A model generated the notes under the pieces. The model saw only the letters and a program-made list of their open reading frames with translations. It was not told where the DNA came from and ran no database searches. A stretch of DNA of 55,315 nucleotides. Origin: Octopus bimaculoides (Eukaryota). The position numbers were made by a program, and so were the translations under genes. This document shows, one piece after another, positions 1 through 11,708 of this stretch (its first letter is position 1; each line of letters begins with the position of its first letter). The DNA lies in NCBI RefSeq assembly GCF_001194135.2, contig NC_068982.1:6675888-6731202 (forward strand), read 5' to 3'.

Positions 1-299
1 GAGAGAGGATGGAGGGGTAGACAGAGGCATGGCGGGAGAAAAGATCATCATCATCATCATCATATATATATATAAAGAGAGAGAGAGAGAGAGAGGGGGG
101 ACCAGTCAAGCAGCACATCACGCTGTAATTCTTGGGCTGAGAAATCAACACTTAAAAGCCATAATTTTAAGGAGCGATAAGAATTTTTGAATAAAGGAAA
201 ATGGGTAGTGGTGGTGGGTAGGTACCGCCAGCGAGTAGAGAGGGCTCTTAATTGTAGATTTTAAATATTTGAGAGACAACAATGCATAAATCGTAATTT

Positions 300-452
300 T
301 TTATGGGTCCAACCCATTTTTGCCAGCTGAGTAGATTGGAGCAACGGATAATTAAGCATCATACTCAAGGACAAAATGTACAGCTAGGAATTGATCTCAT
401 GATCTTATGATTATGAGCCGAATGCCCTAACCACCAGGTCACATGTCTTCAC
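300..452 (-). mobile_element. Degenerate tRNA-headed SINE (family E, 5' part)
   Basis: Reverse complement resembles 48875-49010 (head, then gtccttgagcaagacac...ccagtccactcagctg). Confidence 0.55.
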
Positions 453-879
453 ATTTATAATGTGCTACATAGAACTAGAATTGTGTTTTCCATGAGTGCT
501 AAAAGCTGACGGCAGCTCTCAGCACAACATTAAACTAAATAATACTATACATGATAGTGGAAACTAGTTCCAAATCTGCCAAAGGCTAAATACAGCTCTT
601 GAACAATGTAGATATGAAAAGGAAAATAACTCAATATTGCATGATACGACGACAATACAAATCCAGACAATACATATTCCACTACTACCTGAGGCTGGAT
701 ATTACTGAATGAAGATGTAAATATTTATATAAAAATCAAAACTATGTTAAAGCAAAATACATAAGCGACCTTCTGTCAAAGAACATACAACAACCAGGGA
801 GTAGAACTATGACTACGTCATACATTACGGCTTACTGTTAAAATCTGATCACTTCCCATAATATTCTATCTCTTGTAAT

Positions 880-1015
880 GGTTTCAAATTGTAGCACAAT
901 GTCAGCAATTTCAACCCCAGAGTTCAACTGGTACTTATTTTATTGACTCTGAAAGGATGGAAGGAGAAGCTGACCTCAGTCTAAAGACAAGACGAAATGC
1001 TGTTGGCTGACATTT
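880..1015 (-). mobile_element. Partial SINE family D
   Basis: Core aactggtacttattttattgactctgaaaggatggaaggagaagctgacc matches the cores at 8555-8610 and 8780-8835. Confidence 0.6.
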
Positions 1016-1077
1016 CTGTCTGTTTACTGCTCCTTATGACATTCATTCATGGGAAATGTAATTGCATTTTGCAAACG

Positions 1078-1219
1078 AGTGGCCGTGTGGTAAGTAGCTT
1101 GTTTGCCAACCACATGGTTCTGGTTTCAGTCCCATTGGTCAAGTGTCTTCTACTATAGCCTCAGACCGGCCAAAGACTTGTGAGTGAATTTGGGAGGTGG
1201 AAACTGAAAGAAGCTCGTC

Positions 1220-1263
<44 letters not shown>

Positions 1264-1465
1264 TTGTGCATCTATGTTTGTCCCCCCACCATCGCTTGAC
1301 AACCAATGTCGGTGTGCTTATGTCCCCATAACTTAGCAGTTCGGCAAAAGAGACCAATAGAACAAATACTAGGCTTACAAAGAATAAGTCGTTCGGTCAA
1401 TTTGTTCAACTAAAGGCAGTGCTCCAGCATGGCCACAGTCAAATGACTGAAACAAATAAGAGAAT
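1078..1465 (+). mobile_element. tRNA-headed SINE family A
   Basis: A-box-like ggccgtgtggtaag and B-box-like ggtttcagtccc, an internal (TA)n tract, and the tail gtgctccagcatggccacagtcaaatgactgaaac shared by more than 10 copies in the window. Confidence 0.85.
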
Positions 1466-1679
1466 TAATTGAAGGGATCCTTCTGCTGACATTTCTTGTC
1501 TGCCTGTGGTTATTGGTTGCGTATACCTATGAAGTTTTACTCATCAATTGTTATACGTCTAATACAGAGTGTAAAAGAGAAACGAACTCGATTAAGTAAC
1601 GATCGACACTCTGCTTCCATTGCTAAATATTCTCTTTTGCTTATGACTTCAACATAATACGACTTCGCTCAAATATTTT

Positions 1680-2180
1680 TTTCACGTGCCCCCAGCATAA
1701 ATGCCAGTAAAATGACACTGGTAACGATCACGCTCAAATGATGCCTTTCATGTGCCACCAGCACAGGAGCCAGTCAGCAGCCCTGGCAACAATCATGCTC
1801 AGATGGTGCTCTTAGTGCTCCACTAGCACGGATGCCAATCATGCGCTGCTGTCATCGAATTTGATTTCGATTTCACTTGCCTCAACAGGTCTTTGCAAGC
1901 AGAGTTTAGTGTCCCAAGAAGGAAAGATACGCATAAGTGGGCTGGTTACACCCCTGTCATAGGCCACGAGTTATGGTCTCACTTGGCTTGCCGAGTCTTC
2001 TCAAGCACAGCATATTTCCAAAGGTCTCAGTCACTAGTCATTGCCTCAGTGAGGCCCAATGTTCTAAGGTTGTGCTTCACCACCTCATCCCAGGTCTTCC
2101 TGGGTCTACCTCCTCCACAGGTTCCCTTAACCGCTAGGGTGTGGCACTTTTTCACACAGCTATCCTCATCCATAACATGC
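1680..2180 (-). mobile_element. 5'-truncated RTE-clade LINE: ORF2 C-terminus plus 3' UTR with ~66-bp units
   Basis: Minus-strand translation SCVKKCHTLAVKGTCGGGRPRKTWDEVVKHNLRTLGLTEAMT; the GRPRKTW motif is typical of RTE ORF2 ends. It runs into the unit array shared with the (GAT)n-tailed copies. Confidence 0.8.
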
Positions 2181-2330
2181 AAGTACATATATATATATAT
2201 ATATATATGCATATAAAAATAAAATATTACAATACAAATGTGTTACTTTCCAATAAAATAAAGCACCGTAAAGGTAGAAGTATAAATTTAAATATAATTT
2301 AGTGGTACAACAAGGCACCAATATTTACTA

Positions 2331-2763
2331 GAAATAGCAGTCAATACAAATACAACACTATTGTAATGCTTCACTGCATATATACTGGCAAAGACGTGTG
2401 AGTGCAACAAACATGAAAAACTTGTCTCACCTCTAGGAAGAACATTCGATAAATGGACAATCCAGAATCAGATAATGCAGTACCTAGGTTTCAGACTCTT
2501 CAAATACATTTGTCAACATAAATTTGATTAGTCTTCATCAGCTGCATTTACCTAGACAATATTTCAAATGTTGCCACATCAATGCCAGTATACTCACCTG
2601 AACGCTTAGCTGTTAACAGAACGATAAAAATAGTTGTCCATTTATCGAATGTTCTTCCGAGAGGTGAGACAAGTTTTTCATGTTTGCTGCACTACCACGT
2701 CTTTGCCTGTATATACACAGTGAAGCTTTACTATAGCGTCGTATTTGTATCGACTGCTATTTC
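2331..2763. repeat. ~130-bp inverted repeat (2331-2460 / 2634-2763) with a 173-bp spacer
   Basis: gaaatagcagtcaatacaaatac...cattcgataaatggacaa is the reverse complement of ttgtccatttatcgaatg...gtatttgtatcgactgctatttc. The right arm abuts a gap. Confidence 0.9.
2474..2548 (-). ncRNA. Minimal type I hammerhead ribozyme, intact core
   Basis: Minus strand reads AAUGCAG-CUGAUGA-AGACU-(32 nt)-AGUCU-GAAAC-CUAG-GUA-CUGCAUU: 7-bp stem I, 5-bp stem II, palindromic stem/loop III (ACCUAGGU) and GUA cleavage triplet. Confidence 0.85.
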
Positions 2764-2765
2764 CA

Positions 2766-3705
2766 NNNNNNNNNNNNNNNNNNNNNNNNNNNNNNNNNNN
2801 NNNNNNNNNNNNNNNNNNNNNNNNNNNNNNNNNNNNNNNNNNNNNNNNNNNNNNNNNNNNNNNNNNNNNNNNNNNNNNNNNNNNNNNNNNNNNNNNNNNN
2901 NNNNNNNNNNNNNNNNNNNNNNNNNNNNNNNNNNNNNNNNNNNNNNNNNNNNNNNNNNNNNNNNNNNNNNNNNNNNNNNNNNNNNNNNNNNNNNNNNNNN
3001 NNNNNNNNNNNNNNNNNNNNNNNNNNNNNNNNNNNNNNNNNNNNNNNNNNNNNNNNNNNNNNNNNNNNNNNNNNNNNNNNNNNNNNNNNNNNNNNNNNNN
3101 NNNNNNNNNNNNNNNNNNNNNNNNNNNNNNNNNNNNNNNNNNNNNNNNNNNNNNNNNNNNNNNNNNNNNNNNNNNNNNNNNNNNNNNNNNNNNNNNNNNN
3201 NNNNNNNNNNNNNNNNNNNNNNNNNNNNNNNNNNNNNNNNNNNNNNNNNNNNNNNNNNNNNNNNNNNNNNNNNNNNNNNNNNNNNNNNNNNNNNNNNNNN
3301 NNNNNNNNNNNNNNNNNNNNNNNNNNNNNNNNNNNNNNNNNNNNNNNNNNNNNNNNNNNNNNNNNNNNNNNNNNNNNNNNNNNNNNNNNNNNNNNNNNNN
3401 NNNNNNNNNNNNNNNNNNNNNNNNNNNNNNNNNNNNNNNNNNNNNNNNNNNNNNNNNNNNNNNNNNNNNNNNNNNNNNNNNNNNNNNNNNNNNNNNNNNN
3501 NNNNNNNNNNNNNNNNNNNNNNNNNNNNNNNNNNNNNNNNNNNNNNNNNNNNNNNNNNNNNNNNNNNNNNNNNNNNNNNNNNNNNNNNNNNNNNNNNNNN
3601 NNNNNNNNNNNNNNNNNNNNNNNNNNNNNNNNNNNNNNNNNNNNNNNNNNNNNNNNNNNNNNNNNNNNNNNNNNNNNNNNNNNNNNNNNNNNNNNNNNNN
3701 NNNNN
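2766..3705. other. Assembly gap (N run)
   Basis: N bases; ORFs crossing it are artefacts. Confidence 1.
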
Positions 3706-3962
3706 GGAGCAAAAACAGGCGGGCTAGACCAGTGAAAATTGTACATACCTCGATTATCTGCAGACTATAGTTTCAAAATCAACACTTTCAAAATAAAAGT
3801 GTCTATTTTTCTTCAGTACAGATTGCCGATATTTTTACAATCGAACAGAATCTCGTGCTAGTTGTCTTCAACCAGTGAAAGCGTGCACGTGATTCTATCC
3901 ATTATAAAGATTAAAATTCAAAAGTCTTAGTTTTGAATTTTAATATATATATACATAGATAC

Positions 3963-4074
3963 ATGCATATAATGTATACATATATCATCATCATCGTCGT
4001 TTAACGTCCGCTTTCCATGCTAGCAGAAGTTAAACGACGATGATGATGATGATATATGTATACATTATATGCAT
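3963..4074. repeat. Foldback hairpin made of flank plus RTE-tail terminus
   Basis: Arms 3963-4005 and 4029-4074 are reverse complements apart from one ATC unit; 23-nt spacer. Confidence 0.85.
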
Positions 4075-4924
4075 ATATATATATGCATATATATGTATAC
4101 ATACACACACACATATACATACATACATACATACATATATACATACATATATGTGTGTATGTGAGAGTGTGTTTAGCTATATAATCTGGATGTTCATCTG
4201 TGTGATGAATATATTCACCGCCACTTTAGAGTTATTCCATCTATGCTGGGACCATCTTTTATTTATTGTATTCACATTGACATATCTATTCATTCAACTG
4301 ACAATCTCTGCAGTTCACTACATTCAGGTGTGTATTCATGAACATATTTCTGAGTTTAAAAAATTATTTCAATAAATCAATAAATATTTTGTGCAAATGT
4401 ATATTTGTTTAAAATAGACCATAAAAACTATAAATAAATTATACATTGTGTGTTTTATTCTGCATCAATACTTTGGGCTGCCTTTAGTTATAATTAAGGC
4501 TGTGTCTCTTGTATATTCTTAGTTATACTTAAGTACTAATTTGATTTTAATATAGCTTAGATAATAATAAAATATCTAATTTTAGATAAATTTAAATTGT
4601 TGCCCCGATCGATAATACCACCAGCAACAACATTGCCATCATTTCATTGTCTTTTCTTTCTGCGTCAGACAATATCTTTCATGTACAATTGCTCCACTAA
4701 TTTGCTTCCTCTCAGTTAACCAACTTAACATATTCACTTCCATCAATTGATGCATATCATCGGTTTTTACAATTGATATCGTGCAACATTGCTGTTTTTC
4801 TGTTTTTTTTTATGCTTTTCATGTTCCATGGAGAAAAATACTTTTGTTGCCAAACTCGTAGCAAGTCAGATAATTTCATTCAAAATATTATATATTATTA
4901 ACATGTTATATAATAAGCACAAGC

Positions 4925-5185
4925 ATAGCTATGTGGTAAGAAGTTTGCTTCCCAACAACATGGTTCTGAGTTCAGTCCCACTGTGTGGCATTATGAGCAA
5001 GTGTCTTTTACTATGGCCTTATGTCAACAAAAGTTTTGTCAGTGGATTTGGTTGACAGAATCTGAATGAAGCCCATCATCATCATCATCATCGTTTAACG
5101 TCCGCTTTCCATGCTAGCATGGGTTGGACGATTTGACTGAGGACTGGTGCAACCGGATGGCTACACCAAGCTCCAATCTAATTAC
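4925..5185. mobile_element. SINE-A head (+) abutting an RTE 3' tail (-)
   Basis: gtggtaagaagtttgcttcc...gaagccc, followed by catcatcatcgtttaacgtccgctttccatgctagc. Confidence 0.75.
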
Positions 5186-5384
5186 TATATATATATATAT
5201 AGTAATAGAAAGGGAAGAATTTCAATTATCCCCAGGTGATGAGTTATAATATATATAAGAAATTATAGAAGGAAAATGCACACATTTTACATAGTTTTAA
5301 TATAATTTTTAATATATCTTATATTGTGTTTGTCGACCGGTTTTGCTTTTGCTAATCATGACATTAGAATTTAATTGAATACGT

Positions 5385-5874
5385 ATTTTCTTAAGAAAAA
5401 GTTTTTTTGTCTAAGTTGTGTGTGGAGTTTATGAATGAATGATTCAACAAGTGGAAAAATCCAGTTTGGACGTCCACATTTTTTAACTGTTGGTTTCGTG
5501 TTGTGTAAAGCTTCACATTCTTTAGAAGTCTCTTTAGCAATTTGTGTTGCTTTTTGCATTTGATGAATTTATATGCTTTCAGGATGTTGTTCATTTTTGG
5601 GTCTCTAGTTAGTAAAGGAATACTTTGCACATTAGTATTGCATGCCTCATTGGTTCTAGAGTTGTATGTTGATGTATACAGTAGTGTTTTGAGATGAGGT
5701 GTGGTGTTATATTTTGTTGTCTTTAATGTTTTTATGTCTAATTTCTTGGCATGCTTAATTCCATCATCTATAATGAGGGTGGATATTGTCTTTCAGTTAG
5801 TATTGTTCTCAGGTCTTGAAGACAAAGGTCCCGAGTTGTTCTGTCAGACACTATTGTGCAAATCCTTTTTGTTC
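5385..5874 (-). pseudogene. Penelope-like element ORF fragment (RT C-terminal region to the linker before GIY-YIG), frameshifted
   Basis: Translates TKRICTIVSDRTTRDLCLQDLRTILTERQYPPS / IDDGIKHAKKLDIKTL...SIPLLTRDPKMNNILKAYKFIKCKKQHKLLKRLL / KPTVKKCGRPN, which I recognise as PLE RT-thumb and linker sequence. Confidence 0.75.
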
Positions 5875-5876
5875 AT

Positions 5877-6132
5877 GGACATATGGCATAGTGGTTAAGA
5901 GCGCGGGCTACTAACCCCACGATTCCAAGCAGTGACCTGAATAATGATAATAATAATAATAATAATGCTGATAATAATAATAATAACATCAAAGAATACC
6001 TTAGGAATGAGAACCCAGGTTCGAAATTTCCTCCCAAGACACCTGATGAAGGCTGGAAGGTATATCAACCGAAACGTTGTGTTAACAGCAAACAAGATGA
6101 AGACAAATATCCATCAAATGTAAATAATGTAT
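5877..6132 (+). mobile_element. SINE-C: tRNA-like head, (AAT)n, hammerhead-bearing tail
   Basis: A box tggcatagtgg, anticodon-loop-like ctactaa, B box partly deleted; tail cccaagacacctgatgaaggctgg...gaaacgttgtgtt. Confidence 0.85.
6038..6083 (+). ncRNA. Minimal hammerhead ribozyme in SINE-C (one stem II mismatch)
   Basis: GACAC-CUGAUGA-A-GGCUG-(10)-CAACC-GAAAC-GUU-GUGUU. Confidence 0.75.
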
Positions 6133-7949
6133 AAATTTTAAAGTCATGATTAGCAAAAGTGAAACCAGTTGACAAACACAATATAAGATATATTAAAGAT
6201 ATATCAAAACTATATATGTGGCTATTCTATTTCAGATGCATGTAATGCTAAAGGGTTGTACCTGATTGATTTAGAAATTCGTTTCCCCAAAAAGATGCAA
6301 AATGTTGATGATGATGATGATGATGATAGTTGTTATCATTACTCAACCACTGCACCTAAAGATTGCAATTTCTGTTAGCAGTATTTGCTTTGTGAATGCA
6401 GATTACATGCAGTTTCCTTGTCTAGAAAATATCCTTCCTTATATATTTCACTAAGATATATATTTTGTCATTAATAATGAAGCAAACATTAAAAAAAAAA
6501 AAGTTTAAAAAAAAAATGAGATTTCACTATCTAGAACAACATTTAATCTTATTCTGACAGAAAGTGCTTTACAAGTTCACTCAAAGAATTATCAAAGAAT
6601 TGAGATAAGTTAACTTGAGATTTAAGACTGTTAATTCATGTCAAAATTCATTGGAATTTCATCGCTTTACTAACCACTCACAGAGATCACTTTCATTGTC
6701 AAAACATCCAGGAAGAGGAGTTTTTTAAAAGCTTAAATAATGATATATGTTGAGTTTATCACAGTAATATATTTAGCAGTAATATTTTGAAGAACATAGT
6801 TCTTATAGAGACTGTATCCAGTAATTTTGAGCTTGTGGCTGACGCAAGATATTAATAAATAGAGATATATATTACTAGTTAACAACAAATCAAATTAAGA
6901 AGAAATTTATTAAGATGTAATTTTAGACATTACGAGCACCGATCCCATATAAAGTTTGTATATTAATATTTATATCAAAATTTTAGCTGGTAATCTGTAA
7001 GATATGGAGGTATAATAACCAACTTATGCAATAAGATATAAAATATGTACATTAAATATATATTAATCTGTTCATAAAATTATTGTAATGAAAGCAGTTA
7101 CCTGAACTCCTAATTTTCCTTAAATTGATAAATCTAATCACATAAGATAAATATTATGACATAAACTTTGGTTGTTTTAAGAAAGAACACATCTCAGCTG
7201 ATAAGGAATGAGCCAATGAGGAAACCTGTTGATGGCTGTCCAATCTGCCTGAAACAACAGCTTAGTCTCCCTCAAATTACACCCTAATGCCTTTAGAATT
7301 ATAGAAGGGAACTGTTTAGAACTGAATTTTTCACAAGATTGTCATTTCTGTTAATTCTTTAATGAAGCAGAGAGACATTTGTAATTATTCATATCAAACC
7401 AATTTTAATTAAGCTGATTTTATAATAACCAGTATAGTTTCCATAATTCTGGACATTGAATCTTTGGACAAGACTCTAACTTGGCACCTGAAGCTATCAA
7501 AAGCTAATAACATGGGAAAAAATAATTCTGATTTAGAGACACCCAACTATACACATATATACATGTATGTTCATTTATTTCAATGTCCATTCTCCATAAC
7601 AGCAAGGAACATTGCTTCATTGCAGCCTAACATTGATGAAAGAATCCTTTTGTTTTAGCGACCTTTGTAAACTTGTACAGACGCAACATGCAATGTAGTC
7701 CCTGATATACAAGAATACAGAATGGTCTTCACTAAAATGTCTTTTAATCATAGGCCTGCTCAAGTTAATTTATTCCACATTGTTTTCAATTAATCATACA
7801 CTGTCTCATAGTTTTCAGATTTGTGATTTAATTCTTTTAGAATGACATCACGTGGTACGTGCAAAGGACTAAATTTGCCAAGTCTTAAAACAAAACAGGT
7901 GGAATATTTAACCCAGATATGGTCAGTTGAAATACTGAAGGGCTAATAC

Positions 7950-8057
7950 ATTTCAAAATGGTTCATATTCGGTTGATTAAAAATGTAATGGCAAGTATTT
8001 ATTGACCCTTTTCTTTCTTTTAAAAATTGGCACGAACTTTCCGGACAACCCAATACT
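7950..8057 (+). mobile_element. Right-end fragment of the mariner family seen at 44375
   Basis: caaaatggttcatattcggttgattaa...ggcacgaactttccggacaacccaaTA matches 44500-44600. Confidence 0.75.
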
Positions 8058-8460
8058 TTGTTGAAAGAGAGGGAGGAGGGAGAGAAAGAGTGTTTAGTGC
8101 AGGGGTATGTGGTATTGTTGAAAGGAGAAGCAAAGAGACACACAGACAGAATATGTTAACTAATGCGGCATCGATGTATCTATCCACATAGATACATCAA
8201 GCAATAGATGATAGAAGGATGGATTGTGAGCTATATAAATAGATGGTGAAATTAAAATGAAATAACCGTAGCAAGTGGCTATGGATGTTACTCTGTTACT
8301 CTTTTATGTGTTCCAGCCCAAAAGCTATGGTCATCTAGTTTTTTTTTTTTTATTATTTTCATTATTATTTGGTCACACTGTTTATCCATATTGTCAGAAT
8401 AGAGAGATACATACACTGAAAGAAAGGAAAATATATAGATGGACTGAAATGAAAATAATA

Positions 8461-8918
8461 TTTATTTCTTTATTGCCCACAGGGGAGCTAAACATAGAGG
8501 GGACAAACAAGGACAGACAAAGGGATTAAGACAATTATATCAGCCCCAGTGTGTAATTGGTACTTATTTTATTGACCCCGAAAGGATGAAAGGCAAAGTC
8601 AACCTTGAAAGAATTTGAACTCAGAACATGAAGATGGACAAAATACCGCTAAGCATTTTGCTTGGCATGCTAATAATTCTGCCAGCTCGTCACCTTTAGA
8701 ATAAGCTATTATTTTCTACTCCAGGCACAAGGCCTGAAATTTTGGGGAAGGGGGCCAGTCAATTAGATCGACCCCAGTATGCAACTGGTACTTAATTTAT
8801 CGACCCCGAAAGGATGAACGGTAAAGTCGACCTCAGCGGAATTTGAACTCAGAACGTAAAGACAAAGTACTGCTAAGCATTTCGTCCAGCATGCTAACAT
8901 TTCTGCCAGCTCGCTGCC
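8461..8918 (-). mobile_element. Two tandem SINE-D copies (8461-8694, ~8705-8918) with different tails
   Basis: Both end in gccagctcg (reverse of the head) and share the core actggtacttattttatcgaccccgaaaggatgaa. This core resembles the conserved Meta-type SINE domain, from memory. Confidence 0.8.
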
Positions 8919-9659
8919 TTGAAATGAAAATAATATTGATTAGTAAATAACTTGGACTGAGTCTTGTTGTTGATAAGTGTGGTGGTGGTGATGTCAGAAG
9001 TTTAATGGTGAAATGGAGGAAGGGTTGTACAAGGAAATCTGTAATTAATTTGATTCAGTCTTAAAATTTTTTTATCTCCCATCACTTAATGCGTGTAAGT
9101 TAGTGCAATTAATTATCATCTACTCAATCAAAACTTATATTCATCTATAAGATATGGACAATTGTAGATGATACCTGCTAATGAAAGAAAAGAATGTTTA
9201 GGCTAAAACGTCTTAACAGTTTTGTTTTTCAAATAACTATTAACCCTCTCAAATCTGGACCCCTGTATCTAACTTCACCTTCCATCTGGATTCCTGAGCA
9301 AAACAATAAACAGTTGCATATACAGCTCAAGAGGAATGATTACAGGCAAATTAATTAACAGAATCCTCCTGAAATTCAGGAGAATGACAATAATAGGTGT
9401 TTCTCTTAACTAATGTATTTGTTTATCTGAATCGCTCCTTTCCTCATCTCTTTCCCCAGTTTGTTCACGTCACTCTCTTTGTCTGTATAAGGGTAAACTC
9501 TTTGTCTGAAGAATAGACATCACCAATAATTTTCTCAACTTTAAGGAGTCTAGGCCCTGCTCATTTACCAAATGAAATCCTGGGTTTGTTACATGCCTGT
9601 TTCATTGCAAAAAGAAAAAAAATGATTTAAAAAAAAATTAAAATCAAAAGCCTGGGGGG

Positions 9660-10095
9660 AGCGCTAAGAACACCGTCCGAGCGTGATCGTTGCCAGAGCA
9701 GCTGTCTGGCTTCCATGCCAGTGGCACATAAATAGCACCGTTTGAGTGTGATCATTACCAGCGTCACCTTCCTGGCACTTGTGCCAGTGGCACGTGAAAA
9801 GACATTCGAGCGAGGTCATTGCCAATGCCGCTGGACTGGCTCCTGTGCAGGTGGCATGTAAAAAAACACCATCTTGAGCGTGGCCATTGCTAGTACCGCC
9901 TGACTGGCCCTCGTGCCGGTGGCACGTAAAAGCACCGACTACACTCTCATAGTGGTTGGCGTTAGGAAGGGCATCCAGTTGTAGAAACTCTGCCAAATTA
10001 GATTGGAGCCTGGTGTAGCCATCTGGTTCGCCAGTCCTCAGTCAAATCATCCAACCCATGCTAGCATGGAAAGCGGACGTTAAACGATGATGATG
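9660..10095 (+). mobile_element. RTE 3' UTR-type element (unit array, conserved tail, (GAT)n)
   Basis: About four gtggcacgtaaaa units, then gttggcgttaggaagggcatccag...catggaaagcggacgttaaacgatgatgat. Confidence 0.85.
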
Positions 10096-11202
10096 AAACA
10101 CACTTGACAACAAAACTGCAATGTGATTCATTGTCTATTTCTAGTATTTTAATATGTTTCTTTGTGTATTGTTCATTACTGTCTTAATAGGAATCTGATA
10201 GAGATTGAATTTAAACCATTCCAGCTATACTGATACGGTTGAGGTTTGGTAAAACTTTACCAACATACAGTAACCAGGAAATATTATTGATAATGTCTGA
10301 GATTTCATTTCATAGTTAATATAGTTTATTTCTTGACATAAAGTGAAAAATAGATATCAGCTCAGAAGGGAGAAGCCACAGAAAGATCTTTCAGAGATGT
10401 TTCCTACCATTGCACCTTCATTATTACCTTTATTGACTTTTACATCATCTTAAGAATCAATGCTTTACATAAATATACACTTCCATCAAAGAATTTTCAA
10501 AATAATTATAGAATTTCCATGGATGCTGCTTCTACAGAATTAATCTGTTGACTGGTTAACACCAGTCAACTAAATCTTGGATGTATTTAGTTGGTAGATC
10601 TCTAGCAAGGTTTCTGCTCTGAGGATGACGTCTCCCCTCCAGGGCACACAAGTAGTGTAAATGGCGTTTGGAAGGACATCCAGCTCTAGAAACAAAACTA
10701 TAGATGGAATGCTGTGAAATTTGATCCTCCCAGGTAATCTAGGGGATTATTATCCCTCCTGAAACATATGTTAATTCTGACCATGGTAATCTTTCCGACT
10801 AATACTACAGTAGAAAGCTACTGTAAAATAATCATATGCACATACACACTCACGCGCACACACACGTACACTACTAAATCATCATCATCGTCATTCAGTA
10901 GGAAATAATTAAGGAAGTATATTATATACCCTGCTGGTATACTGGTTATATCCTTTAGGATATTATTTCATGATGTGCAAATAGATACCACGAGTCTACC
11001 TTCAGATATACTCATTAGGTTATTTTTTTTTTTTGTATTTGGTAACAAAAAGGGTTAAGAAGAAAAATAACCAGCAGAAGACATGAGAGAAGGAGACCTC
11101 AATGTGGTCACTTTATATGCTAGAAATAATAGCCTAAATTTCCTTCAATCCACACCCTTCCAACTGGTTCTAATATACATTTGCCCAAATGTAGAGGAGT
11201 GT

Positions 11203-11432
11203 ATAACCCTTTTGTTACCAACCCACCTGAGACCGCCACTGGTTCTGTAGTACAAATGTCTTGTTTTCATAAGTTCTAAATTAAAATCTTCCACCAAACC
11301 TTAGTCACAGTTTATGTTCCTAACACTAGCTTAATGATAACAAAGTTATTTTACTAAATTCTTTGTTATATTTGAAATTAATTGAAAGAAACACAGAGCA
11401 TCTCAATAGAAATACGGTAATGAAAGGGTGAA
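11203..11432. mobile_element. piggyBac-like MITE
   Basis: Ends aTAA-cccttttgttacc and ggtaatgaaaggg-TgAA, i.e. decayed TTAA plus CCC/GGG termini. Another right end lies near 11041-11057. Confidence 0.6.
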
Positions 11433-11708
11433 GTTAGTCTCTGCTTGCAGCCTTGAAAAATAATTTTATATTTCATTTAGAAATCATAAGCACAATACTT
11501 TAAATCAGTGATTATGGTACAGAGAAATACCTTAAAGAAGCAACCTGCATACAAAATACAAATAAAGCACAGCTTTACCATGTGTAATGTAGTAGGCTGA
11601 TTAACTGAGAGTATCCAAGCAATTAGCAGACAAAATCTTGCTCTAGATGTGCTTGAAATTTAAAACAGTCTGTAAGGGAAATAATTCTAATGAACACTTG
11701 TTGAATTA

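Larger units (their letters stand above)
5291..6213. repeat. ~72-bp inverted repeat (5291-5362 / 6143-6213) enclosing a PLE fragment and SINE-C
   Basis: gtcatgattagcaaaag...atataagatatattaaa...aaaactat is present on both strands. Confidence 0.85.

Noticed and set aside
2582-3770. Long ORFs of 329-381 aa, and similar ones at 16827, 22941, 28055 and 53767
   Set aside because: They are read-through of N gaps.
7190-7260. ctgataag...gaaacctgtt hammerhead-like words
   Set aside because: Stem II cannot be formed and the core is mutated.
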